Assembly (NCBI GenBank): GCA_913043235.1
Contig: CAJWLO010000006.1
Span: 270-64,269, forward strand
Source: an uncultured Fidelibacterota bacterium
Lineage (GTDB): Bacteria; Fidelibacterota; Marinisomatia; Marinisomatales; UBA1611
Direction of reading: 5' to 3'
Length of the DNA: 64,000 nt
The notes below the pieces were generated by a model that worked only from the letters and a program-made list of their open reading frames with translations, was not told the DNA's origin and searched no databases. The position numbers and the translations under genes were made by a program. Positions 44,496 to 53,777 of this stretch are shown here, one piece after another (the stretch's first letter is position 1; each line of letters opens with the position of its first letter).

Positions 44496-45148
44496 TGTTC
44501 TTCCCTTACAAAGATGACAATCCACGGGTTTTGGTCCCCTATGTGACCTATGGAATCCTAGGCATCAATATTCTTGTTTTCATAGGACAAATACTTCTTT
44601 CTATATCTGACCCTGATTTGGGTACTGCTATTGTTTATACTTTCGGTTTTGTACCCGCAAAATTCAGTATAATTACCATAATCACATCGATGTTCATACA
44701 TGGAGGCTTAGCACACATTATAGGTAATATGTGGTTTCTATGGCTTTTTGGCGATAATGTGGAAAGTGTACTGGGCCATCTGAAATATTTTCTTTTTTAT
44801 ATGGTTTGCGGGATTGGAGCAGCCCTTGGTCAATTCCTTATATCAACATCGTCTCAGGTCCCGATGGTGGGTGCCAGCGGAGCCATTGCTGGTATCCTAG
44901 GTGCTTATATGATTCAGTTTCCTAAAGCACGGGTCCATGTTCTAGTCATATTGATCTTTATAACAACAATTGCTGTTCCAGCCCAAATTGTGCTGGGACT
45001 ATGGTTTTTAATGCAATTGACTGGAGGGCTTGGTACATTGGGAATGGATACAACTGGCGGAGTGGCCTGGTTTGCACATGTTGGTGGATTTATTTCCGGA
45101 GTAGGATTGTTAAGACGTTTCCAGAATTTGCACTTAAAAATACGATGA
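44495..45148 (+). CDS. rhomboid-family intramembrane serine protease
   Basis: 217 aa. Contains HGGLAHIIGNMWFLWLFG, the catalytic GASGAIAG, and a later HVGG. TAATG overlap with the upstream gene. Confidence 0.85.
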   Translation: MFFPYKDDNPRVLVPYVTYGILGINILVFIGQILLSISDPDLGTAIVYTFGFVPAKFSIITIITSMFIHGGLAHIIGNMWFLWLFGDNVESVLGHLKYFLFYMVCGIGAALGQFLISTSSQVPMVGASGAIAGILGAYMIQFPKARVHVLVILIFITTIAVPAQIVLGLWFLMQLTGGLGTLGMDTTGGVAWFAHVGGFISGVGLLRRFQNLHLKIR

Positions 45149-45528
45149 AAGAAGCGGTTATAAAAAAAGCTATTGCCATGCGGTCCAGATCCCTTGCACC
45201 ATTTTCAAATTACAGCGTAGGTGCTGCCGTGGAAACAGAATCCGGGAAAATTATTGGTGGCTGTAATGTAGAATCGTCCAGTTTTAGTCTCACATGCTGT
45301 GCAGAACGGGTTGCCCTTTATAGTGCTGTGGCTGACGGACACACATCATTCAAGTCTATGGCTATTGCTACCTATAACAGCGGTATGCCCTGCGGTTCTT
45401 GCCGTCAAGTGATCTGGGAACTGTGCAGTGACATTCCAATCCATATTTGCAATGAGCAGGAATGTGTAAAAACTATATCATCAAAGAGCCTCTTGCCGGA
45501 CGCGTTTGACAAATCAAAATTATTATGA
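45145..45528 (+). CDS. cdd: cytidine deaminase
   Basis: Contains the zinc motifs CAERVA and PCGSCRQ. I place the start at ATG 45145 (MKEAVIKKA), which gives an ATGA overlap with the rhomboid stop. The track ORF from 45001 is an over-extension. Confidence 0.9.
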   Translation: MKEAVIKKAIAMRSRSLAPFSNYSVGAAVETESGKIIGGCNVESSSFSLTCCAERVALYSAVADGHTSFKSMAIATYNSGMPCGSCRQVIWELCSDIPIHICNEQECVKTISSKSLLPDAFDKSKLL

Positions 45529-46139
45529 ATCCAGTTCTCATTGGCATTGCAGGAGGTACTGGTTCCGGAAAAACAGCCATTGCAAAAAAAATCATCGCTG
45601 ATTATGGTGCGACAGAAGTGGAAGTAATGGAACAGGATTCTTATTACAAAGATTTGTCCCATATACCGCATGAAGAACGTGCGTCCCAAAATTATGATCA
45701 TCCAGATGCTATTGATGTTGGCTTATTTGAAAACCATTTAACATCTCTGTTATCTGGTAATTCTGTTCAGGTTCCCAGCTATGATTTCTCTGTTCATATT
45801 CGAAGGAAAAAGTCCCGTACTATAACACCTCATCATGTTATTGTGGTTGAAGGCATTCTTGTTTTGCATTATACTCAACTAAGAAATTTATTTTCTTTGA
45901 AAGTATTTGTGGACACACCTGCAGACATTCGATACATTAGAAGATTGAACCGTGATATTAAAGAACGAGGTCGAACCATTGAATCCGTTGTAAGCCAGTA
46001 CTTAAAAACAGTTCGTCCCATGCATGAACAATTTGTAGAACCATCCAAAAATTTTGCGGATATTATTGTTCCGGGAGGTGGGCAAAATGAAGCGGCTGTT
46101 GATCTTTTAAGAACAAAAATAAATTCAATCATAGCATAA
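45525..46139 (+). CDS. udk: uridine kinase
   Basis: 204 aa. Contains the P-loop GIAGGTGSGKT, NYDHPDA, and DIRYIRRLNRD. ATGA overlap with cdd. Confidence 0.9.
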   Translation: MNPVLIGIAGGTGSGKTAIAKKIIADYGATEVEVMEQDSYYKDLSHIPHEERASQNYDHPDAIDVGLFENHLTSLLSGNSVQVPSYDFSVHIRRKKSRTITPHHVIVVEGILVLHYTQLRNLFSLKVFVDTPADIRYIRRLNRDIKERGRTIESVVSQYLKTVRPMHEQFVEPSKNFADIIVPGGGQNEAAVDLLRTKINSIIA

Positions 46140-46140
46140 A

Positions 46141-46704
46141 ATGACACTCACACCTGTAGATGCCGGTTGGATTGAAGTTATCTGTGGTAGTATGTTTAGT
46201 GGTAAAACCGAAGAACTCATGCGCAGGCTACGCCGTGCTGAGATCGCCAAGATGAACATAATAATATTTAAACCAATGATTGATTCTCGTTATAGTGAAA
46301 ATCAGATCGTAAGTCACAACCAGTTGAAAATGGATTCGCATCTTGTTGATACAATTTCCCAAATACCAAGTTTGGCAAAAGAAACAGATGTTATAGGAAT
46401 TGATGAAGCTCAATTCTTTGATGATTCTCTTGTTGATATTTGTAAGGACTTGGCCGGTAATGGAAAGCGGGTGGTGGTTGCCGGACTGGATACAGATTAC
46501 CGGGGTGTACCCTTTGGCCCAATGCCAGCAATCATGTGTGAAGCAGATTATTTGGATAAGTTACGAGCTATCTGTGTCAGGTGCGGGAACCCAGCATCGT
46601 ATACCCAACGTATATCATCCGATTCAGGACAGATTGTTATTGGTGAACTTGATAAATATGAGGCCCGTTGTAGAAATTGCTTCCATGCGCCCGAAATGAA
46701 CTGA
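46141..46704 (+). CDS. tdk: thymidine kinase
   Basis: 187 aa. Contains GSMFSGKTEEL, IDEAQFF, and the zinc-ribbon Cys residues CVRCG..CRNC. Confidence 0.9.
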   Translation: MTLTPVDAGWIEVICGSMFSGKTEELMRRLRRAEIAKMNIIIFKPMIDSRYSENQIVSHNQLKMDSHLVDTISQIPSLAKETDVIGIDEAQFFDDSLVDICKDLAGNGKRVVVAGLDTDYRGVPFGPMPAIMCEADYLDKLRAICVRCGNPASYTQRISSDSGQIVIGELDKYEARCRNCFHAPEMN

Positions 46705-47927
46705 TGGTAAGATTTACAGGTCTTATCGGAATTGTAGTTTTATTGGGGATTGCTTATATCCTATCCAATAACCGAAAAGCAATTAAATATCGGATCATTA
46801 TCTGGGGCATAGGTTTACAGGTTTTATTCGGCTTTATTATCCTGAAAATCCCACTGGTCAAATCGCAGTTTTCTTTTGTTGATAATTTGTTTAAAAAATT
46901 GATCAGTTTTTCTGATGAAGGAAGCAATTTTTTATTTAAATCATTTGTTCCTGGTGTGGGTTATCATGAAGCCATGATAAATTTTGCATTTCGGGCATTA
47001 CCCGTGATCATCTTTTTTTCCAGCTTGATTGCAGTTACTTATCACTTTGGTATTATACAATTTATTGTAAAGTGGGTAGCACGGTTAATGGAAAAAACCA
47101 TGAAAACAAGCGGTGCCGAGACATTAAGTGTCTCAGCTAATATTTTTGTAGGTCAAACAGAAGCTCCTATTTTAATCCGCCCGTTTATTAATAGCATGAC
47201 CAATTCGGAATTAACAGCAGTAATGGCCGGTGGATTTGCTACTGTTGCCGGTTCTGTTTTAGCTTTATATGTTCTATGGCTTAATGCAATCCCAGGGATT
47301 GCAGGACATATGCTGGCTGCAAGTATTATGTCTGCACCCGCTGCATTGGTTATGGCAAAAATAATCTATCCTGAAACTGAAAAATCAGATACAATCGGGG
47401 ATTTAAAAATTAGTGTAAAAAAACAAGATGCTAATGCTATGGATGCTATTGGTAGAGGAGCCACCGATGGATTAAAGCTAGCTGCAAATGTTGGAGCCAT
47501 GTTGGTCGCATTTATATCATTCATTGCTATGGTAAATTTTTCACTAGAATATTTTTTTGGTACAACTGTTGAGGAATTATTATCAGTGATATTTCAGCCA
47601 ATAGCTTGGTCAATGGGAGTTCCTTGGGATGATGCTAAAATAATGGGTAGGCTTATGGGAGAAAAAATTGTATTAACTGAATTAATTGCTTATTCAAATC
47701 TGGGGGAAATAATTAATAATAATGAAATATCTGAACGTACAGCAATCATTGCTAGCTACGCACTTTGTGGGTTTGCTAATTTTGGATCTATAGGAATCCA
47801 GTTAGGTGGAATCGGGGGCATAGCTCCAGAAAGAAGAAAAGATCTCTCGAAATTGGCCTTAAAAGCCATGATAGCAGGTGCGCTCGCATCCTGGTTAACA
47901 GCTACTATTGCAGGAATATTGATTTAA
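46704..47927 (+). CDS. nupC: NupC-family (CNT) nucleoside transporter
   Basis: Polytopic. Contains GxTEAP (FVGQTEAPILIRPF), ALCGFANFGSIGIQ and other family motifs. I place the start at ATG 46704 (MVRFTG), which overlaps the tdk stop (TGATG). Confidence 0.85.
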   Translation: MVRFTGLIGIVVLLGIAYILSNNRKAIKYRIIIWGIGLQVLFGFIILKIPLVKSQFSFVDNLFKKLISFSDEGSNFLFKSFVPGVGYHEAMINFAFRALPVIIFFSSLIAVTYHFGIIQFIVKWVARLMEKTMKTSGAETLSVSANIFVGQTEAPILIRPFINSMTNSELTAVMAGGFATVAGSVLALYVLWLNAIPGIAGHMLAASIMSAPAALVMAKIIYPETEKSDTIGDLKISVKKQDANAMDAIGRGATDGLKLAANVGAMLVAFISFIAMVNFSLEYFFGTTVEELLSVIFQPIAWSMGVPWDDAKIMGRLMGEKIVLTELIAYSNLGEIINNNEISERTAIIASYALCGFANFGSIGIQLGGIGGIAPERRKDLSKLALKAMIAGALASWLTATIAGILI

Positions 47928-47942
47928 AAGGAAGAAATTACC

Positions 47943-48500
47943 ATGAAATTGTTGATCATGGGACCTCCTGGGGTTGGTAAAGGAACCCAAGCGAAACAAA
48001 TCAAAGCATATTTTGATATTGTACATTTATCTACAGGTGATATCCTGCGTTCAGAGATAGAAGCACAGTCCAAAATCGGTATAGAATCCAAAATATATAT
48101 GAATGCAGGGAAGTTGGTACCAGATGATGTGCTACTCAGTATAGTTAAGGAATGCATTACAAAACCGAACTGTGCAAAAGGATATTTACTAGATGGTTTC
48201 CCGCGAACAATTCATCAGGCCGAAGGATTTGATAAAATTATGGTTAATCTTGATCACACTCTAGATGCTGCAATTAGCCTTACTGCAAATCAAGATGAAT
48301 TAGTGAACAGGCTGGTCAAGCGGGGATACGATTACGGACGTAGCGATGATACACCTGAAATAATTCGAAATCGGCAAAATATCTATTGGGAGCAGACGTC
48401 ACCTATATTAGACTTTTATCGGTCAAAAGGCCTTCTAAAGGATGTGGATGGTCTAGGTGAAATTGAAGAAATAACAAATCGTATCTTAAAAGTATTATAA
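47943..48500 (+). CDS. adk: adenylate kinase (short-lid form)
   Basis: 185 aa. Contains GPPGVGKGTQA and LLDGFPRT. There is no zinc lid. Confidence 0.95.
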   Translation: MKLLIMGPPGVGKGTQAKQIKAYFDIVHLSTGDILRSEIEAQSKIGIESKIYMNAGKLVPDDVLLSIVKECITKPNCAKGYLLDGFPRTIHQAEGFDKIMVNLDHTLDAAISLTANQDELVNRLVKRGYDYGRSDDTPEIIRNRQNIYWEQTSPILDFYRSKGLLKDVDGLGEIEEITNRILKVL

Positions 48501-48504
48501 TAAT

Positions 48505-49098
48505 ATGCTTAAAGTTGGACTAACAGGAGGAATTGGTTGCGGAAAAAGTGTAGTTAGTACTTTTTTTGCGGAGTGGGGAGCTTACATTTTTGATGCAGAT
48601 AAAGAAGCAAAAAAAATTCTGAAAGAAAATGAGACTGCTCAAAGTGAGATTATTGCTGAATTTGGTACCGATGTTCTAGGCGTTGATAATAAAATCGATA
48701 AGAAAAAGTTATCACGGATTGCATTCCAAGATGAATATCATCAACTTAGGATCAATACAACAATTCATCCTTATATATTTCGTGAAATAGATGCTCAGTT
48801 TGATAAAATCAATAAAAAAGGAAAACACAATCTCTTTGTATTGGACGCAGCTCTGATCTATGAATCTGGGGCTGATGCTCATATGGATTATGTCATTGTT
48901 GTAACCTCCCGGATGGGATTGAGGACAGAAAGAGTAATGCAGCGCGGCGGGCTCACAAGAGAAGAATTTTTACAGAGGGTTGATTTACAATGGCCTGATG
49001 AAGACAAGATTCATTTGGCTGATTTTGTGATCCAGAATAATAGCACGGAATCTTTGGTAAAGCAGGAAGCCAAGATTGTCTATGATAAATTATTATAA
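48505..49098 (+). CDS. coaE: dephospho-CoA kinase
   Basis: 197 aa. Contains GLTGGIGCGKS, FDADK, and VLDAALIYESG. Confidence 0.9.
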   Translation: MLKVGLTGGIGCGKSVVSTFFAEWGAYIFDADKEAKKILKENETAQSEIIAEFGTDVLGVDNKIDKKKLSRIAFQDEYHQLRINTTIHPYIFREIDAQFDKINKKGKHNLFVLDAALIYESGADAHMDYVIVVTSRMGLRTERVMQRGGLTREEFLQRVDLQWPDEDKIHLADFVIQNNSTESLVKQEAKIVYDKLL

Positions 49099-49099
49099 A

Positions 49100-49615
49100 C
49101 TAGCGATTCTTTCTCAGAGCTAGCGGTTTACCGAGAACCTCCTTTATTATGATTCCTTGTTTCAAGGAATTAGGTGAATTAAACATTTGAATTGATTTTA
49201 CATAATCATGTCTGAAGGGTTTGACAGTTTTATGATCCTGATCAATGGAACGGCGATCTTTAACACGTCTTTCAATTTCACTCCGATTAATAAATTCCGA
49301 ATTTTCTGGTAAAGGAGTTATTTGTTCATCAGAAACTGGCTCAAAATCAATTTCCATTCTTTCTTCAATTTCAAAGTTTTCTGAACCTGGTTCCTGTTCA
49401 AGAAGAAAAGATTTTCTTTTGGAAGCGTTTTCCTGTTCGATAACCCCTTGGGATACAAGAAATTTCTCTAATAAATCTACAGGCTTAACATTTTCTTCTT
49501 TTTTATCAGGATCCCATTCAGGGTCGTCCTCAATTTCCTTGTGTGCTGCTTTCTGCTGTTTCTTTTTCAAATAAACAGATAAACCGTAAAACAAAAGTAG
49601 AAAAAGCCATTCCAT
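49100..49615 (-). CDS. hypothetical membrane-anchored acidic protein
   Basis: I place the start at ATG 49615 (MEWLFLLLFYGLSVYLKKKQ), 1 nt after the stop of the upstream small ORF. It has one TM, then an E/D-rich region. The plus-strand ORF 49245..49574 is Ser-rich antisense noise. Confidence 0.5.
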   Translation of the reverse strand: MEWLFLLLFYGLSVYLKKKQQKAAHKEIEDDPEWDPDKKEENVKPVDLLEKFLVSQGVIEQENASKRKSFLLEQEPGSENFEIEERMEIDFEPVSDEQITPLPENSEFINRSEIERRVKDRRSIDQDHKTVKPFRHDYVKSIQMFNSPNSLKQGIIIKEVLGKPLALRKNR

Positions 49616-49616
49616 C

Positions 49617-49793
49617 TTATAAACTATTTCCCCATACCAGGTAAAGACCAGCATTGGTCATAAGCTCATTTAATCCAAGTGTGCCAGATAATAGATTTTT
49701 ATATTGGGCTATCCAAACTGGAATCAATGCACCGGTCACAAAATAATACACGTCTTCTTTAGTTTGAGAATTGATTCTATTTATCAATTGCAT
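49617..49793 (-). CDS. small hypothetical protein (58 aa from the ATG; the frame is open up to a TTG at 49922)
   Basis: The sequence is MQLINRINSQTKEDVYYFVTGALIPVWIAQYKNLLSGTLGLNELMTNAGLYLVWGNSL. Its stop lies 1 nt before the next gene's ATG, which suggests coupling. The longer track version would overlap floA by 53 nt. Confidence 0.35.
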   Translation of the reverse strand: MQLINRINSQTKEDVYYFVTGALIPVWIAQYKNLLSGTLGLNELMTNAGLYLVWGNSL

Positions 49794-49869
49794 TATGCTC
49801 TCAATATATATCCGTGTTTTTTTGTAGGCAGTGAATACTATATCCTCTGTTTCTATAGTCCTATCATAA

Positions 49870-50880
49870 TTATTCTTGATCCTCAACTTTATGGTCCGTT
49901 TCAGATTTATCAGAGCCTGCAATGGAATCTCTCATACCAGTATCGGATTTTATATTTTGCATATTGTAGTAATCAAAAATACCCATATTCCCTTCCCGGA
50001 AGGCAAAAGACATCGCTAGTGGAACCTCCGCCTCTGCTTCTACAACTTTAGCTTTCATCTCCTCTACTTTAGCTTTCATCTCCTGCTCTTGGGCCACTGC
50101 CATGGCACGACGGGTTTCCGCTCTTGCCTGAGCAACCTGTAGATCAGCCTCTGCCTGATCAGTCTGCAGGGCGGCACCAATATTTTTTCCCACATCCAGA
50201 TCAGCAATATCGATGGATAATATTTCAAATGCTGTTCCTGCATCTAGTCCCTTGTCCAATACAGCGCGGGAAATATTATCTGGATTTTCTAGAACTTGTG
50301 AATAGGTCCCTGCTGATCCAATTGCACTGACAATCCCCTCTCCCACACGGGCAATAATAGTGTCATCTGTAGCCCCGCCAACCAATCCTGCTAGATTTGT
50401 GCGCACTGTAACCCGAGCTCGTGCTTTAAGCTCAATGCCATCCTTGGCAACAGCAGCTAGATAACCATCGATAGGCGCATTAATCACTTTGGGATATACA
50501 CTGGTTTGCACTGCTTCTTTAACATCACGACCAGCAAGATCAATTGCAGTAGCTGTTTCAAAAGGTAATGGTATACTTGCCTTATCAGCTGCAATAAGGG
50601 CCTTTACAATATTTTCTACCTGACCACCAGCTAAGTAATGAGTTTCCAGCATATCTGTGGTGATCTGGTTCAGGCCCGCTTTGTGTAAATTAATTACACC
50701 ATCTGTCACCAATCTTGGAGAAATTTTTCGCAACCGCATTCGAATCAGATCTACTATTCCAATTCGACCAATTCCCAAAGACACAATGCCCTGAATCCAC
50801 AATCCTACTGGTACAAAGTACAATAGTAATAGGACAACAATAGCAATAACGAATAACATTACCATACTTACAATAGGCAT
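49870..50880 (-). CDS. floA: flotillin-like protein FloA (UPF0365/YqfA)
   Basis: 336 aa. It is near-colinear with my recollection of B. subtilis FloA: LESHYLAGG.., [78 protein letters not shown]. Confidence 0.9.
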   Translation of the reverse strand: MPIVSMVMLFVIAIVVLLLLYFVPVGLWIQGIVSLGIGRIGIVDLIRMRLRKISPRLVTDGVINLHKAGLNQITTDMLETHYLAGGQVENIVKALIAADKASIPLPFETATAIDLAGRDVKEAVQTSVYPKVINAPIDGYLAAVAKDGIELKARARVTVRTNLAGLVGGATDDTIIARVGEGIVSAIGSAGTYSQVLENPDNISRAVLDKGLDAGTAFEILSIDIADLDVGKNIGAALQTDQAEADLQVAQARAETRRAMAVAQEQEMKAKVEEMKAKVVEAEAEVPLAMSFAFREGNMGIFDYYNMQNIKSDTGMRDSIAGSDKSETDHKVEDQE

Positions 50881-50883
50881 GAT

Positions 50884-52248
50884 TTAAACTCCTTCTTTTG
50901 TATTTTCATTTAATTTTCTTACAACTACACGATTCCCATCAACGGACAAAAACTTTACTTCTGTCCCTTTATCAAGGAATTCACCTTCACTTACAACGAA
51001 CACTCTTTGGTCCTCTATTATAACCCACCCAGATGGATGTAAATCGGATTCAGCGGTACCGATCTGGCCTATCAAGGTTTCCCATCCAAACGTGGTAGTA
51101 TAACCATCTTCTTTTTTCTGAATACCTGGGGAAGTTAATTGCTGCCAGAATTGGGTTCTGATCATCATTTTAACAAGCAGATAAAGCCCAATTACTCCAC
51201 CAATAATTCCAATTAATAAACCATCCGTGGCCTGTGATAAGATCTCATCCCCAACAGGGACATCCGGGAGTAGAAGCATATAAAGACCATATACCATAAG
51301 TAAAATTCCGCCAATACCTGCGATACCAAATCCAGGAATCACCAATGCTTCTAGTAACAGAAATCCTATTCCAGCAAAAATAAATAAAAAGTCAGACATA
51401 GTGGCCAATTTTGCTATATATGAAGCCCCCAAAGAAAGGATCAAACATGTAAGACCAACAAAACCTGGAATTCCCCATCCTGGGCTTTGAAGCTCAAATA
51501 AAATCCCCAAGAATCCAAATGTTGTCAACAATGAAGCCACAACAGGATTAGTTAAAAACCGTACAACAGCTTCAGACCAGTTTTCTGTTGATTCTGTTAC
51601 ACTAACAGCTGAAAGGCCAAGAGAATCTAAAAGGGCATCCATATTTTCTGCTGTGCCATCGGCAATCCCATATTTCAAGGCCTGTTGTGTAGTCATGGAA
51701 ATAAGTTTACCTTCTTTTCGTCCTTCGAGATCATCTACAACTATAGAATCTCCAGATAGTACAATATGGGTAAATGTCAATTCTTCATCCACCATCCCCC
51801 GGGCAATCGCTGTATTTCTACTTCTTTTTTCAGCAGTAGATGCCATTTCTTCTCTCATAAAGCTGATCACTTTTTCACTACCTTTTTTCCCAGACATATC
51901 AACGGCAGTTGCCGCTCCAACGGAAGCACCTCCAGTCATATATATTTTTTCGCAGGATAAAGATATCAGTGCTCCTGCGGATATAGCCCTGCGGTTTATA
52001 AATGCAACCGTTAACAAATCAGAATCTAGAATGGCATCCTTGATCTGAGTGGCAGCATCCACACGACCACCAAAAGTGTCAATATCAAAGATGACCGCTA
52101 GGGCATTGTTTTTTTCTGCTTCAGCAAGTTCCCGGGAAATATATGGAGGTAGACCGAGATCTATGGTTCCTTGGATAGGGATTCGATAAACAACATCAGA
52201 ATAAATAACTGAATATACCGTAAATAGAAAAAGTATAATGTTTTTCAT
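50884..52248 (-). CDS. nfeD: NfeD-family membrane-bound ClpP-class protease (YqeZ-like)
   Basis: 454 aa. It has a signal or anchor segment, an S49/ClpP-like domain (FDIDTFGGRVDAA..AISAGALISL), 4-5 TM segments, and a C-terminal NfeD OB domain (SGWVIIEDQRVFVVSEGEFLDKGTEV). It ends 3 nt before floA. Confidence 0.85.
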   Translation of the reverse strand: MKNIILFLFTVYSVIYSDVVYRIPIQGTIDLGLPPYISRELAEAEKNNALAVIFDIDTFGGRVDAATQIKDAILDSDLLTVAFINRRAISAGALISLSCEKIYMTGGASVGAATAVDMSGKKGSEKVISFMREEMASTAEKRSRNTAIARGMVDEELTFTHIVLSGDSIVVDDLEGRKEGKLISMTTQQALKYGIADGTAENMDALLDSLGLSAVSVTESTENWSEAVVRFLTNPVVASLLTTFGFLGILFELQSPGWGIPGFVGLTCLILSLGASYIAKLATMSDFLFIFAGIGFLLLEALVIPGFGIAGIGGILLMVYGLYMLLLPDVPVGDEILSQATDGLLIGIIGGVIGLYLLVKMMIRTQFWQQLTSPGIQKKEDGYTTTFGWETLIGQIGTAESDLHPSGWVIIEDQRVFVVSEGEFLDKGTEVKFLSVDGNRVVVRKLNENTKEGV

Positions 52249-52338
52249 GGATGTTGAATTTCACACTTTTATAATTAATGGTGAAACAAATTCCTTGAAT
52301 CATAAATAATAATCAATACTGTAATTTTATATCATAGT

Positions 52339-53199
52339 ATGAAACAATCTGACTTCATTATGTACTTACTGCTCCGAGCTATAAAAAAATATCTGTCAGG
52401 AATATCACCAAAACATAGGAAAATTTTGTCTCAAAAAATTGCTGGATTTATTTATCATAATTTATCAATACGGAAGAATATGGCTCGAAATAATATTCAG
52501 AATGTATTCCCAGATAAGTCCAAATTATGGGTCGAATCTATATTATCATCCTGTATTCAGTTTTTTACACATAATTTTATCCAGTTTATCGCTTTCCCCA
52601 ATTCCTGGGAAAATATCCACTATGATATCATTGGCAAGGACGTGTTGGATAATGCGATCAAAAAAATGAGAGGCGTTATTTTTCTTTCAGCCCATTTTGG
52701 CCCTTGGGAAATGATGGGTGTTTGGTTAGCAAGAAACAACTATCCTATTACAGGAGTCGCATACCGCCAGAAGAATAAAGGAGCAAATAAATTTTTTAAA
52801 AAACAAAGAGAATTAAGTGGTGCCAAACATATTTTTCGTAAAGAGCCACTAAAACGGATGTATAAAATCCTAGAGAACATGGAGATATTAGTTCTCATCA
52901 GCGATCAGGACGCCAGAAAAAATGGTGTTTTTGTTGATTTTTTGGGTAAAAAAGCTTCAACTCCAAAAGGGGCAGCTATATTTCATAAAGAAACAAATGC
53001 ACCTATGGTTGTTGGTACCTGCATTCAAACTGGATTACAAAAATATCAGATTGAATTTTTATCTGTTAATCCCCAAAACAATAGTATAAAAGAAATCACC
53101 CAAGCATACACATCTATATTTGCCTCTTATATTTATAAATATCCTATACAGTATTTCTGGTTCCACCGTCGCTGGAAAACTTCACCCCATAATCAATAA
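52339..53199 (+). CDS. lipid A biosynthesis (LpxL/HtrB-type) lysophospholipid acyltransferase family protein
   Basis: 286 aa. Contains SAHFGPWEMMG (an HX4E-type motif), ISDQDARKNGVFVDFLGKKASTPKGAA, and the family tail YFWFHRRWK. Confidence 0.8.
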   Translation: MKQSDFIMYLLLRAIKKYLSGISPKHRKILSQKIAGFIYHNLSIRKNMARNNIQNVFPDKSKLWVESILSSCIQFFTHNFIQFIAFPNSWENIHYDIIGKDVLDNAIKKMRGVIFLSAHFGPWEMMGVWLARNNYPITGVAYRQKNKGANKFFKKQRELSGAKHIFRKEPLKRMYKILENMEILVLISDQDARKNGVFVDFLGKKASTPKGAAIFHKETNAPMVVGTCIQTGLQKYQIEFLSVNPQNNSIKEITQAYTSIFASYIYKYPIQYFWFHRRWKTSPHNQ

Positions 53200-53207
53200 A
53201 ACTTAAA

Positions 53208-53777
53208 ATGAAAAGAGTCAGATTGGGCGGTCTAGGAATTATTAAGGCCACCTGTGATCTATTATCACAGGGTGGTGTAGTTGTATACCCCACTGATACA
53301 CTGTATGGATTTGGGTGCGATGCCGAAAATGACGAAGCCATTAAAAAAATAAATCAAATTAAGGGGCGGACTACGCCCATAAGTGTCCTAGCACCGGACA
53401 TGAATACTGCTTTAGGTTGGATGAAATTAACTGACGATGAAAAAATAATGGTCTCAAAAAAACTTGGTGGCGCATCAACGGTAATTGTACCGGTTTTCAA
53501 AGATACAGTTCATTCATTAATTACAGGACATCAAAACACTCTAGGAATACGAATTCCAGATCATCCATTTTGTAAGAAACTATCTCAAAAATTTGGCGGA
53601 CCTATAACGACAACTAGTGTAAATCGTACAGGGGCTTCACCTATGACTAACCCTAATCATATTTTTTCGGAATTTAATAATGAAGTAGATTTATTGATCG
53701 ATGATGGAATTATCTCAGGACGTGGATCTGTAATCTATATTTATAAACATGGTGAATTAAAGACAATAAGATCATGA
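53208..53777 (+). CDS. tsaC: L-threonylcarbamoyladenylate synthase (TsaC/YrdC family)
   Basis: 189 aa. Contains GGVVVYPTDTLYGFGCDA, IKGR, and TTSVNRTG. Confidence 0.85.
   Translation: MKRVRLGGLGIIKATCDLLSQGGVVVYPTDTLYGFGCDAENDEAIKKINQIKGRTTPISVLAPDMNTALGWMKLTDDEKIMVSKKLGGASTVIVPVFKDTVHSLITGHQNTLGIRIPDHPFCKKLSQKFGGPITTTSVNRTGASPMTNPNHIFSEFNNEVDLLIDDGIISGRGSVIYIYKHGELKTIRS

Noticed and set aside
45001-45144. The N-terminal 48-codon extension of cdd in the track. Similar extensions occur for nupC (46677), the ALDH (10930), skp (61384), dxr (56925) and the 49654 ORF.
   Set aside because: These are longest-ORF artefacts that overlap the upstream gene. Internal starts give canonical N-termini and tight stop/start coupling.
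49704-50051. 115-aa plus-strand ORF across the floA 3' end, and ORF 49245..49574.
   Set aside because: Their sequences are junk-like (Tyr/Ser/Cys/Phe-rich), and they lie antisense to floA and to the downstream minus-strand genes.
50045-50084. A 21-bp-period tandem duplication, ACTTTAGCTTTCATCTCCT x2.
   Set aside because: It lies inside floA and encodes the [14 protein letters not shown] repeat. The same duplicated peptide, (EMRARVEEMRAKV), exists in B. subtilis FloA as I recall it, so this is a conserved protein feature and not a mobile or regulatory repeat.
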